From contig JBGAQA010000001.1 in NCBI GenBank assembly GCA_044220955.1, positions 134,992 through 198,991 on the forward strand: 64,000 nt of DNA, given 5' to 3'. A program made the position numbers and the translations under genes. Below, piece after piece: positions 53,219 through 62,547 of this stretch; the stretch's first letter is position 1; each line of letters starts with the position of its first letter. The notes below the pieces were generated by a model. That model was not told the DNA's origin. It did not search any database and saw only the letters and a list, made by a program, of their open reading frames with translations. The stretch comes from Sandaracinaceae bacterium (GTDB lineage: Bacteria > Myxococcota_A > Polyangia > Polyangiales > Sandaracinaceae).

Positions 53219-56200
53219 AGGGGGCGATGTCTACGGGGATCTCGCCGCTTCCGCAACCGCGCGAGCACGAGCCCGGCCAACCCGACCGAGAGCCCTCGTC
53301 CGGTCCGCGGTCCTGCCCCGGCGCGGCACGCGCACCCGCCGCCCGGCGCAGGCGAGGCCATCCCCGCGTCGGCCCCCGCCCCGCCGCCGTCCGCCATCGC
53401 CATCCCGGCGTCCGGCGCCGCGTCGCACTCGCTCGCATCGCCCGCGATGCAGATCGCGACGGCGTTGCTCGACCCGCTCGTCGCGCCGTTCGCGAGCACG
53501 ACGAAGATGGTGTCGGCCGTCGCCGCCGCGAGGTCCACCTGCCCGACGCCGCGGGCGTCGGCGACGAAGAAGCCGTCCCGGAACGCGACCGCGATCACGT
53601 CGACCCCCTCGGGCGCGGCGCCGCCGAGGCGGACGGCGACGTGGTTGCCGGAGACCTCGAAGTAGTGCGCCGAGGCCGGGAAGACGCGGCTCGAGAGGGT
53701 GCGGTAGGGCAGCGTGACGGCCATGCTCGCGACCTCGGCCAGCTGCTGCCCGCGCCGCGGCCCGCGCGCCTCGTCGACGCGGCTGCCCGTGAAGAGGAGC
53801 CACTCCGCGAAGTCGACGTAGCTCGCGTGGAAGGTGGTCGCGTGGTCGCGCGCGAGCACCACGTCGAGCACGTCGAGCCAGTTGCTCGTCGAGGCCCCGC
53901 TCGTCGTGTCGAGCTCGTCCCAGAACGACACGACCAGCGCGTCGTCGTAGCGCGTCGCGTAGTACTCCCAGACGATGGCCGCGCCGTAGGCGTAGGGCTG
54001 GACGGGCCCGACCGGATCGATCGCGAGCGCGCGGTCGGGGCGCATCAGGAACGCGGCCGAGAAATTCTCGACGTCGGTCTGGGAGGGGTCGAAGCGCTCG
54101 CTCGCCCAGACGGCCGTCGACTCGGACAGGGTGCTGCCCTGCGCCCCGAGCTGGTCGTCGTACGCGGCCTGCACGGCGTGGAAGAACTCGTGGCTCGCGA
54201 GCAGGCGTGCGCCGTAGTGCACCGACGGATAGCCGAAGCCGACGAGGTCGTTCTCCTGCAGCATGTAGCCGGTGCACCCGCTCCCGGCGACGCACTGCTC
54301 CCGGCGGAACGAGCCGTCGGCGCCACCGCCCGACGCCGCGGTGAAGTCGAGCAGGTACACGTCGAAGAGCGCGTCCCCGCCGTGGTCCGCCACGCCCGTG
54401 TCGGGGCGTGGCGCGCGGAAGCCGAGCGTCGTGTAGGTCTCGAGCACCGTGTCGTACTGGAGCGCCACGAAGTCGACGTAGTCGGGCGTGCCGTTCGCGT
54501 CGGCGTCCGCGGGCGGGACGGCGTTCGTGCCCGCACGCGTGAAGTGGATCCGGAACGCGCCGCCCGGCGACACGATGCTCTCGACCGTCTCGCTCGCCGC
54601 GTAGTAGGGCGGCCCGTCCGTCGAGCCGGGTGTGTCCGGACGCAGCTCGTCCACGTGCGCGACCGCCGCGGGGTCGCCCGCGCAGCCGGCGAGCGCCAGG
54701 GCCGCTGCGACCGCGCGCGCGCGGCGAGATCGACGGGCGAGCACGAGCGCCAGGACGAGCCCGAGCGCCATGGGGCCCGACGCAGCGCCCGCGCCCGCCG
54801 CGCTGCACCCGCATCCGCCGGACGCCGGAGCCGACGTCCCTGCGTCGCCGGCGCCCGCATCGACCGGACCCGCATCCACCGGCCCCGCGTCGCGTGGTCC
54901 TGCGTCCGGCACGCCCGCCGGATCGACGAGCGCGAGGGCCGCCGCCGGATCGACGATGCCGAAGCCGTAGAGCGGATCGTGGCCCATCGCGTCCGGCGTC
55001 GCGAAGGGCGCCGGACGCACGCTCGCGATCAGCGCCGCGCGAAGATCGGCCGCGCTCATCGCCGGCCGGCGCGACGCCATCAGCCCCGCGATGCCCGCGA
55101 CGATCGGGCACGACGACGACGTGCCGCCGAAGCGGTCGGTCGTGTCGCCCGGGGCGTCGCCATCCGGGCCCGCGACGTCGGTCGTCAGCGTCCCGGTCGG
55201 CGCGACGAGCGCCACGCACTCGCCGCTGTTCGAGAAGCTCGCGGCCTCGTCGAAGGTGTTGGTCGCGCCGACGGTCACGATCCCGGGGATCGCCTCGAGC
55301 TCGTCGTTTCCGAGCACGCGGGCGTCGTTGCCCGCGGCGAACACGAGCAGGGCGCCGACGCCGCCGTGTCCCTGCGTCTGCACCATGTTCAGCACGTCGA
55401 CGAGCGGCCCAGGCGCAGGCGTCGCCTCGCTGAAGCCCCAGCTGTTCGACACGACCGCCACGTCGGGCTGCATCAGCACGAAGTCGTACGCGCGCACGTC
55501 CGTGGAGATCGGGACGAGCGTTCCGTCGGCGCCGAGCAGGCGCACGCAGCGCAGCGAGCACTCCGGGCACGCGCCCGCGACGTCGACGCCGTTGTCCGTC
55601 GCCGCCGCGACGAGCCCCGCGCACGAGGTCCCGTGGTTGTTGCCCGCCGTCGCCGGCAGGAACGAGGGATCCATGTCGTCGTCGAGCGCGTCGTAGCCCT
55701 GCAGCATGTGCGGCGCGAGATCGGGGTGCGTCAGATCGCAGCCGTCGTCGACGACCGCCACGGTGATCGAGGGGTCGCCGTCCTCGTGCCGCCACGCGTC
55801 CTCGATGTGGATGGTCTGGAAGAACCACTGGCCGCCGTAGAGGGGATCGTCGGGCGGCACGGTGATGGCCGCGCGCGTGTGACCCAGCGCCAGATCCGGC
55901 ATCGCCGCGCGGAGCACCCCGCGCGCGACGAGGGGCGCCAGCCGCTCCGCGAGCGCGTAGGGGTCTTCGCCGCGGGTGGATCGGATCGCGAAGATCTCCG
56001 CGCGCGCGGAGAGCACCTCGTCGATCGCCACCCCCTCCTGCGCGAACGCGCGCGCGGGCCCCGACACGATCACGCGCTCGGTGCCGAGCGCGGCCGCGAA
56101 GCGCATCCCGTCGTCGCGCACCACGACGAGGCCGCCGTTGGGCGCCGGCGACGCCTGCAGCCAGTGCCCGCGATCGAGCCAGCGGCCCTGCGCGCCGGCG

Positions 56201-56262
56201 GTGCTCGCGAGCGAGGCGAGCGCCAGAGCGAGCGCGAGAGACCTCAATCCAAGAAAGCCCAC
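53194..56262 (-). CDS. S8 subtilase fused to an MXAN_6640-like HExxH metalloprotease, with two MYXO-CTERM-like motifs
   Basis: S8 triad VVDDG / HGTSCAG / GTSSSCP; internal GGCGC-TM-RRSRR-LAGC; SHEFFHAVQ...SESTAVW; terminal GGCAC-TM-RKRR. Confidence 0.85.
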   Translation of the reverse strand: MGFLGLRSLALALALASLASTAGAQGRWLDRGHWLQASPAPNGGLVVVRDDGMRFAAALGTERVIVSGPARAFAQEGVAIDEVLSARAEIFAIRSTRGEDPYALAERLAPLVARGVLRAAMPDLALGHTRAAITVPPDDPLYGGQWFFQTIHIEDAWRHEDGDPSITVAVVDDGCDLTHPDLAPHMLQGYDALDDDMDPSFLPATAGNNHGTSCAGLVAAATDNGVDVAGACPECSLRCVRLLGADGTLVPISTDVRAYDFVLMQPDVAVVSNSWGFSEATPAPGPLVDVLNMVQTQGHGGVGALLVFAAGNDARVLGNDELEAIPGIVTVGATNTFDEAASFSNSGECVALVAPTGTLTTDVAGPDGDAPGDTTDRFGGTSSSCPIVAGIAGLMASRRPAMSAADLRAALIASVRPAPFATPDAMGHDPLYGFGIVDPAAALALVDPAGVPDAGPRDAGPVDAGPVDAGAGDAGTSAPASGGCGCSAAGAGAASGPMALGLVLALVLARRSRRARAVAAALALAGCAGDPAAVAHVDELRPDTPGSTDGPPYYAASETVESIVSPGGAFRIHFTRAGTNAVPPADADANGTPDYVDFVALQYDTVLETYTTLGFRAPRPDTGVADHGGDALFDVYLLDFTAASGGGADGSFRREQCVAGSGCTGYMLQENDLVGFGYPSVHYGARLLASHEFFHAVQAAYDDQLGAQGSTLSESTAVWASERFDPSQTDVENFSAAFLMRPDRALAIDPVGPVQPYAYGAAIVWEYYATRYDDALVVSFWDELDTTSGASTSNWLDVLDVVLARDHATTFHASYVDFAEWLLFTGSRVDEARGPRRGQQLAEVASMAVTLPYRTLSSRVFPASAHYFEVSGNHVAVRLGGAAPEGVDVIAVAFRDGFFVADARGVGQVDLAAATADTIFVVLANGATSGSSNAVAICIAGDASECDAAPDAGMAMADGGGAGADAGMASPAPGGGCACRAGAGPRTGRGLSVGLAGLVLARLRKRRDPRRHRPLCRSSVST

Positions 56263-57056
56263 TGGAGCCGGATGTTACCCGAGGACCCCGGCGTCGTCGG
56301 CATCGTGCCGCTCGTGTCGCACGCCGCCTGGTCCGGCGCGTTGTAGTAGCTGACGACCTCGAGCTTCACGTGCCGCATGTTCGCCAGCTGCACGACGTAC
56401 ACGTTGTGCGACATCGAGACGCAGCCGGGGTACGTCCAGTAGCTCGAGAGGACCGTCGCCGGCGAGCCGAGCCCCGACCCGTCCGGCACGATCCCGCACG
56501 TGCCGCTCGTCAGGTAGACCTCCTCGTGGAACGAGAGGCCCGAGGGAACCGACGTGACCGAGTCGAACGCCGGCGGGCCGCCGGTGCCCGGGTCGTTCGG
56601 CAGCCGCGCGGCCTGCACGCACGAAGGGCCCGACACGCCGCTGTTGAGGCGGATGATGAAGCGCCGGAACGCGATGTCCCACGCCGTGGACGCGAGCGCG
56701 TCCTGATCGGAGATGTCGACGCGGACGAGGCCCGCGTCCGTGAAGCGGGCGTAGACGTAGCTCTCGGTCGGCGAGATGCCGCCGCCCATCGAGTCGACGT
56801 GCGACGCGTGCGTGCCCGCGGGCGCGCTCTCCTCCTCCACGGTGCGCGTGCTGACCGTCGTGAACAGGTCGAGCATCGCGATCTGCTCGTCCTGGCACGA
56901 CGGCGCGACGGGACCGCAGGTCATCGGGGCACCGGCGTCGGAGCCCGCGTCGGTCACGACGGCCGCGTCGGCCGCGGGCGCCGGGGTGCCGCTGCAGCCA
57001 TCGAGCGCGAGCAGGGCCAGCAGTGAGAAGAGGGCAGAATAAGAGGTACGCCGCAT
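56244..57056 (-). CDS. HmuY family lipoprotein
   Basis: Lipobox-like LDGC; WDIAFRR..I.LNSG.SG; VK.....YY. Confidence 0.8.
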   Translation of the reverse strand: MRRTSYSALFSLLALLALDGCSGTPAPAADAAVVTDAGSDAGAPMTCGPVAPSCQDEQIAMLDLFTTVSTRTVEEESAPAGTHASHVDSMGGGISPTESYVYARFTDAGLVRVDISDQDALASTAWDIAFRRFIIRLNSGVSGPSCVQAARLPNDPGTGGPPAFDSVTSVPSGLSFHEEVYLTSGTCGIVPDGSGLGSPATVLSSYWTYPGCVSMSHNVYVVQLANMRHVKLEVVSYYNAPDQAACDTSGTMPTTPGSSGNIRLQWAFLD

Positions 57057-57180
57057 CGGTCCGGGATGACACGAGATCGCCGCGAGCGCACCTCTTTCTC
57101 TCCTTCGTTGACCCCGAAAGCGCGGCACAAGTACGCTGGCAACGCATCGCGGCATGGACGCCGCGGTGTCGAGGGAGAAC

Positions 57181-57951
57181 ATGGTGCCCACGGCTGCTCG
57201 ATCGACGAACCCACGGGGGTCTTCCCGGACACGCGCCATCGCCATCTCCATCGCGTGCGTTCTCTCCGCCGTCGCGTCCACCGCGTTCGCCGGGGACGTC
57301 CACGGCACGCTCACGGTGCCGGCGGACCTTCCCTCGATGACGCCGCCGCCCTCGGGCGACGAGGCCGTCGCGCGCACGCGCTACTGGGAAGAGTGGAACG
57401 GCCTCGTCGACCCGCGGCCGACGCGGGTCGACCCGGCGCGCGAGATCGCCGTCGTCCTGACCGGGGAAGGCGCGCTGGTCGAGGCCGATCAGCCGCCCTA
57501 TCGGCTCCACAACGGCTCGCTCCAGCCGGCGACGGTGGTCGTGCGGGTGGGCTCGGGCTTCCAGATCCGCAACGACGACGGCTGCTCGTACGAGCTCTTC
57601 GCCGAGGGCCTCGACGAGATCGGGCCCGTGCAGACGGCGCCCGGAAACGCGCGACCGCTGACCGTGTCGGCCGCGGGCCACTGGCCCCTGGCCGAGCGCA
57701 ACTACCCGCACGTGCGCGGGCACCTGCACGCGATCGCCGACCTCGTCGCGCGCGCGACGGTCGAGCCGAGCGGCAACTACACGTTCCACGGCGTGCCGGC
57801 GGGGAGCTACGTGCTCCACGTCTTCCACGGCGATCACGAGGTCAGCTCGCAGCCGGTCACGGTGACCGACGCCGCGCTCACCATCCCCGCCATCCAGGTC
57901 CAGGCCGCCGCGGCGGCCGCTGCCGCGGCGCCCCCGGCGCCCGCCCACTGA
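57181..57951 (+). CDS. Secreted cupredoxin-like / carboxypeptidase-regulatory-like protein
   Basis: RBS GAGGGAG; signal peptide AFA-G; GNYTFHGVPAGSY.L.VF. No intact type-1 Cu ligand set seen. Confidence 0.7.
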   Translation: MVPTAARSTNPRGSSRTRAIAISIACVLSAVASTAFAGDVHGTLTVPADLPSMTPPPSGDEAVARTRYWEEWNGLVDPRPTRVDPAREIAVVLTGEGALVEADQPPYRLHNGSLQPATVVVRVGSGFQIRNDDGCSYELFAEGLDEIGPVQTAPGNARPLTVSAAGHWPLAERNYPHVRGHLHAIADLVARATVEPSGNYTFHGVPAGSYVLHVFHGDHEVSSQPVTVTDAALTIPAIQVQAAAAAAAAAPPAPAH

Positions 57952-57964
57952 GCACAGGAGCCCA

Positions 57965-59854
57965 ATGCTGCCCTTGACGCGGTTCTGGTCCCTGATCCTG
58001 GTGCTCGGCGCGGTGGCCGGCGTGGCCGTCGCGATGATCGGCACGCACGTGATCGACGAGCGCACGGACGACGCCGCGGTCGCGGCCCTCGCGCGCGATC
58101 GCTTCGAGCTCGAGGCGCTCCTCAAGCTCGACGCGCGCGCACGGATCGACGCGATCGCGCCCGTCGCGGCGAACGGCGACGTCCGCACGGCGCTGCGCAC
58201 GGCCACGGGCCGAGCGGCCGGCGCCGAGATCGACGAGACGCTGATGACGAACCTGCACGCGCGCCTCGGCGAGCTGAACGGTCAGCTCGGCGAGATGGCG
58301 GGCGACCTCGTCTTCGGCGTCGACGCGAACGGGATCATCGTCGCGCAGGTCGGCGGCACGCCGCCACCGCACGGCGCCGGCCTCGGCGCGTTCCCGCTCG
58401 TGCGCCGCGCGCTCGACGGCTACGTGCGAGACGACGTGTGGGTCTACAACGGAGAGACCTACCGCATGGCGGCCAGGCCGGTGATCGACGCCGGCCAGTA
58501 CGTGGGCGCGGTCATCCTCGGCAAGCGCTTCGACGACGCGTTCGCGGCGCGACTCGTGACGCGCCTCAGCGGCGCCTCGCTCGCGTTCTTCCTGCGCGAT
58601 CAGGTCGTCGCGAGCGCGATGCCCGCCACGGGCGATGCGGGCATCCCGCGCAACGAGATCGGCACGCCGCTCGCGGCCGTCATCACCGCCGCCGAGTGGG
58701 ACGCCGGCCAGCTCTCGCCCCCCCAGGATCTGGCGACCGGCGGCGTCGCGGTGTTCGCGCCCGTGGTGGGCAGCGCCTCGTACGCGCACTTCGGCTACGC
58801 GCTCGGCCGGCCCCGGCCGCGGCTCGGGAGCCCGACGGCGATCCTGTCGCTCGCGTCGAGCGAGGACTGGGCACGTCTGCCCTGGCCGATGCTGGGCGGC
58901 ATCGCGTTCCTGCTCTTCGTGATCGCGATGTTCACGATCTGGCTCGAGCACAGCCGGCCGCTCACCCACTTCCGGGTCGCCGCCGACAAGCTCGGCAAGC
59001 GCGACCTCGATCGCCTCGTGCCGCCCGAGTTCGGCGGGCAGCTGCGCACGGCCGCGGCGAGCATCAACGAGGCGCTCGACAAGGTGCAGGACGCGGCGGC
59101 CGCGACTGGCTCGCGCCGCAAGGCAGCCGACCTCGACCAGATCCTCGGCAAGGCGCCCGAGGCGAGCTCGCCGGCGTTCTTCGGGTTCGGCGAGGACAAG
59201 AGCCGGTCCTCGGGCGGCGACTTCGATCTGCCCCCCGTCCCGCCGGCGGCGCCGCCGCCGGCCGCGCCCGCGCCCTCCTCGCCCGCGATCCCCAAGCCCC
59301 CGCTCGCGCCGCCGGCGGCCGCGCCCGTCCCCGCGCCACCGGCCCCCGCGGCCAAGCCCGCCGCGCCGCCCGCCCCCGCGGTTCCGGCGCCGCCCGGCAA
59401 GCCCGCGGCGCCGGAGCGCCCGAAGCTGCAGGATCCCCTCGGCACGACGATGATCGGCGTCGGCTCCGGCGGGACGTCGGGCATCGGGATGGTGCAGGCG
59501 CAGGCCGTGTCGCGGCCCCCGACTCCGGCGGCACCGCCGCCCCCGGCCGACGACGGTGGCGACGACGAGGACGGCGCCACCATGGTCGCCAAGGTGCCGG
59601 ACGAGCTCTTGAAGCGCGCGGGCAGCGAGGAGGCCGAGCAGGAGGCGCACTACCGCGACGTGTTCGAGCAGTTCCTGGCGACGAAGAAGCAGTGCAACGA
59701 GCCCGTCGTCGGGCTCACCTTCGACAAGTTCGTGGTGACGCTGCGCAAGAACCGCGAGCAGATCGTGCAGAAGCACGGCGCCGCCAAGGTCCGCTTCACG
59801 GTGTACGTGAAGGAGGGCAAGGCGGCCCTGAAGGCGACTCCGATCAAGGAGTAG
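57965..59854 (+). CDS. MXAN_5187-like protein (TM, Cache-like domain, TM/HAMP, Pro-rich linker, conserved C-terminal domain)
   Basis: C-terminal V(F/Y).QF.ATK.QC.E....LTF.KF...L.KNR.......VRF.VY.K.GKAALKATP. Confidence 0.82.
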   Translation: MLPLTRFWSLILVLGAVAGVAVAMIGTHVIDERTDDAAVAALARDRFELEALLKLDARARIDAIAPVAANGDVRTALRTATGRAAGAEIDETLMTNLHARLGELNGQLGEMAGDLVFGVDANGIIVAQVGGTPPPHGAGLGAFPLVRRALDGYVRDDVWVYNGETYRMAARPVIDAGQYVGAVILGKRFDDAFAARLVTRLSGASLAFFLRDQVVASAMPATGDAGIPRNEIGTPLAAVITAAEWDAGQLSPPQDLATGGVAVFAPVVGSASYAHFGYALGRPRPRLGSPTAILSLASSEDWARLPWPMLGGIAFLLFVIAMFTIWLEHSRPLTHFRVAADKLGKRDLDRLVPPEFGGQLRTAAASINEALDKVQDAAAATGSRRKAADLDQILGKAPEASSPAFFGFGEDKSRSSGGDFDLPPVPPAAPPPAAPAPSSPAIPKPPLAPPAAAPVPAPPAPAAKPAAPPAPAVPAPPGKPAAPERPKLQDPLGTTMIGVGSGGTSGIGMVQAQAVSRPPTPAAPPPPADDGGDDEDGATMVAKVPDELLKRAGSEEAEQEAHYRDVFEQFLATKKQCNEPVVGLTFDKFVVTLRKNREQIVQKHGAAKVRFTVYVKEGKAALKATPIKE

Positions 59855-59952
59855 AGGCGCGGGTCGTTCGAGGTCCATCCGAGCGAGCGCGGGGCGCGGA
59901 GGCGTCGCCACTGGTGAGGCGTGTACGAGTCCTGACGTACGTCGTGGGACGC

Positions 59953-60693
59953 GTGGACGGCGGGTATTCGGAAGATGGGATCAAGACGTTGGGAGAGGGT
60001 CCGACGTACGTGAATGATCGGGCCGGGGAGCGACGATGATGCTGCTTCTGCCCGGGATGGACGGCAGTGGCGCGCTCTGGGGGCCGCTCGTCGCGGAGCT
60101 CGGCGGGGTCGAGGTCGAGCGCTGGCGCTATCCGACGAACGTCGGGAGATACGACGAGCTGCTCGACGGGATTCCGCGGATCGAGGCGCCCACGATCGTC
60201 GTCGCGGAGTCGTTCGGCGGGCCGCTCGCGATCCGGCTCGCGGCGCGGGACCGCGGCGTACGTGAGCTCGTCCTGATCGCCTCGTTCGCGCGCGGCCCGC
60301 GGCTCGCGCGATGGACGGGCGCGCTTGCCGCGCTCACCCCTCACCCGCCACCACGCTACGCGGTGCGTGCGGCGTTGCTCGGCGGCCCGCACCCGATCGA
60401 GGACGCTCTGCTCGCCGCGATCGCCGCCGTCGAGCCTGCCGCGATGCGAACGCGCATCCGCGAGGTCGCGAGGGTCGACGTCCGCCGCGAGCTCACGTCG
60501 CTGCGCATCCCGGTCACGTGGATCCACGCGACCCGAGATCGCCTCCTCGGCCCGCCGACGCCGAGCTCCATCCCGATCGACGGTCCGCACCTCTTGGCTC
60601 AGACCCGCCCGCGCGAGATCGCCGCGATCCTCCGACGTACGTCGGACCCTCCCCCAACGTCCTGATCCCCTCTTCCGAATACCCGCAGTCCAC
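59953..60693. repeat. 59-bp inverted repeats (59953-60011 and 60635-60693) flanking a hydrolase gene
   Basis: 55/59 identity between the left arm and the reverse complement of the right arm, by manual alignment. Confidence 0.9.
60036..60665 (+). CDS. Alpha/beta fold hydrolase (compact)
   Basis: LLPGMDGSG, nucleophile elbow AESFGG, RDRL and DGPHLL.Q. Confidence 0.85.
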   Translation: MMLLLPGMDGSGALWGPLVAELGGVEVERWRYPTNVGRYDELLDGIPRIEAPTIVVAESFGGPLAIRLAARDRGVRELVLIASFARGPRLARWTGALAALTPHPPPRYAVRAALLGGPHPIEDALLAAIAAVEPAAMRTRIREVARVDVRRELTSLRIPVTWIHATRDRLLGPPTPSSIPIDGPHLLAQTRPREIAAILRRTSDPPPTS

Positions 60694-60825
60694 TGGAGGA
60701 GCCGCCGTTCGCTCCTCTGGACCTCCGCACGCCGCGCCAGCCCCTGCCGAGCCCCTCCCGGCTCCTGTCCTCCCCGTGAAACGCGAGTCGCCCCCCCGAC
60801 CTCATCGGCTATCCTCGTCCGCACC

Positions 60826-62547
60826 ATGACCTCCCCCGACTTCGCGACCGTCGCCCCCCGTGTCTCGTCCACGCCGCGCGATCACATCGACGCCGCCATC
60901 AAGCGCCTCGCGTCCAAGAAGCACGAGTGGACGCGCGTCGGCACCGCCAAGCGCGCCGACTACCTCGAGCGCTGCATCGTCAAGACGCGCAGCGTCGGGC
61001 GCGAGTGGGTGCGCGCGGCGTGCGAGGCCAAGGGCATCGACCTCAAGTCGCCCCGCGCGGGCGAGGAGTGGCTCGGCGGGCCGATGACCACGATGCGCAA
61101 CCTCCGGATCCTCGCGGAGGCGATGCGCTGCGGCGGCGAGCCGCCGATCCCGCGCACGTGGAAGCGCCCGGACGGGCAGGTCGTGGCGGAGGTGTTCCCG
61201 CAGAGCACGCTCGACAAGCTGATGTGGACGGGCGTCAGCGCCGAGGTCTGGATCGAGCCGGGCGAGAAGGCGACGCAGGGCAAGATCTACCGCGACAAGC
61301 GGAACGCCGCGCGCGCGGGCGGCGCCGAAGCAGCGGGCAAGCTCGCGCTGGTGCTCGGCGCGGGCAACGTCGCCTCGATCGGGCCGATGGACGCGCTCTA
61401 CAAGCTCTTCGTCGACGACGAGGTCGTGCTCGTGAAGACGAACCCGGTGAACGCGTACCTGCAGCCGTTCTGGGAGGAGGCGTTCCGCCCGCTGCTCGAC
61501 GACGGCTACTACGCCGTCGTGCGCGGCGGCGCCGACGTGGGCGAGTACCTCTGCAACCACCCGGAGATCGAGACGATCCACATCACCGGCTCGGACCGCA
61601 CGCACGACGCCATCGTCTGGGGCGCGGGCCCCGGCCAGGAGGAGCGCAAGAAGCTCGGCCAGCGCAAGCTCGACAAGCCCATCACGAGCGAGCTCGGCGC
61701 GGTCACGCCCTGCATCATCGTCCCCGGCGAGTGGAGCGAGTCCGACCTCCACTTCCAGGCGCGCCACGTCGCGGGCATGGTCGCCAACAACGGCAGCTTC
61801 AACTGCAACGCCTGCAAGGTGCTGGTGACCAGCGCCGGCTGGCCGCAGCGCGAGCGCTTCCTCGAGCTCGTTCACGAGGCGCTGCGGCGCACGCCTCCCC
61901 GCAAGGCGTACTACCCCGGCGCGCAGGAGCGCTACCAGGGCTTCCTCGATCACTACGAGGACGCGATGCCGCTCGGCGAGCGAACCAAGGACCAGGTGCC
62001 GTGGACGATCCTTCCGGACGTGCCCGCCGAGCAGGGCGAGTACGCGCTCAGCAACGAGGCGTTCTGCGGCGTGCTCGCCGAGACCACGCTGGACGCCACC
62101 GACCCGAGCGCCTTCCTCGAGGCGGCGACCCGCTTCGCCAACGAGGACTGCTGGGGCTCGCTCTCCTGCATGATGCTCATCCACCCGGACACTGCGCGGC
62201 AGCACGAGCGCGCGCTCGACACCGCGCTCGCGAACCTGCGCTACGGCGGCATCGGCGTGAACCTGTGGGCGGGCGTGATCTACGGGCTCGTCACGCCGAC
62301 GTGGGGAGCCTTCCCCGGCCACCCGCTCGAGGACATCCGCTCGGGCCGCGGCGTGGTGCACAACGGCCTCTTGCTCGACCACCCGCAGAAGTCGATCGTG
62401 CGCGGGCTCTTCCGCATCAGCCCGACGCCCGCGTGGTTCCCCGATCACAAGACGCTGAACGTGCTCGGCGAGATCATGACGGACTTCGAGGCGGCTCCGA
62501 GCCTGCTGAAGCTGCCGTTCTTGCTCCCGGTCGCGCTGCGCGGGTGA
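60826..62547 (+). CDS. Aldehyde dehydrogenase family protein
   Basis: LGAGN, HITGS, SELG (Glu), NGSFNC (Cys) and EAFCGVL. Confidence 0.9.
   Translation: MTSPDFATVAPRVSSTPRDHIDAAIKRLASKKHEWTRVGTAKRADYLERCIVKTRSVGREWVRAACEAKGIDLKSPRAGEEWLGGPMTTMRNLRILAEAMRCGGEPPIPRTWKRPDGQVVAEVFPQSTLDKLMWTGVSAEVWIEPGEKATQGKIYRDKRNAARAGGAEAAGKLALVLGAGNVASIGPMDALYKLFVDDEVVLVKTNPVNAYLQPFWEEAFRPLLDDGYYAVVRGGADVGEYLCNHPEIETIHITGSDRTHDAIVWGAGPGQEERKKLGQRKLDKPITSELGAVTPCIIVPGEWSESDLHFQARHVAGMVANNGSFNCNACKVLVTSAGWPQRERFLELVHEALRRTPPRKAYYPGAQERYQGFLDHYEDAMPLGERTKDQVPWTILPDVPAEQGEYALSNEAFCGVLAETTLDATDPSAFLEAATRFANEDCWGSLSCMMLIHPDTARQHERALDTALANLRYGGIGVNLWAGVIYGLVTPTWGAFPGHPLEDIRSGRGVVHNGLLLDHPQKSIVRGLFRISPTPAWFPDHKTLNVLGEIMTDFEAAPSLLKLPFLLPVALRG

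Noticed and set aside
57181..57951. Blue-copper protein call
   Set aside because: The Cys/His/Met type-1 copper ligand set is not intact (AERNYPHVRG where C-x2-H-x2-M is expected).
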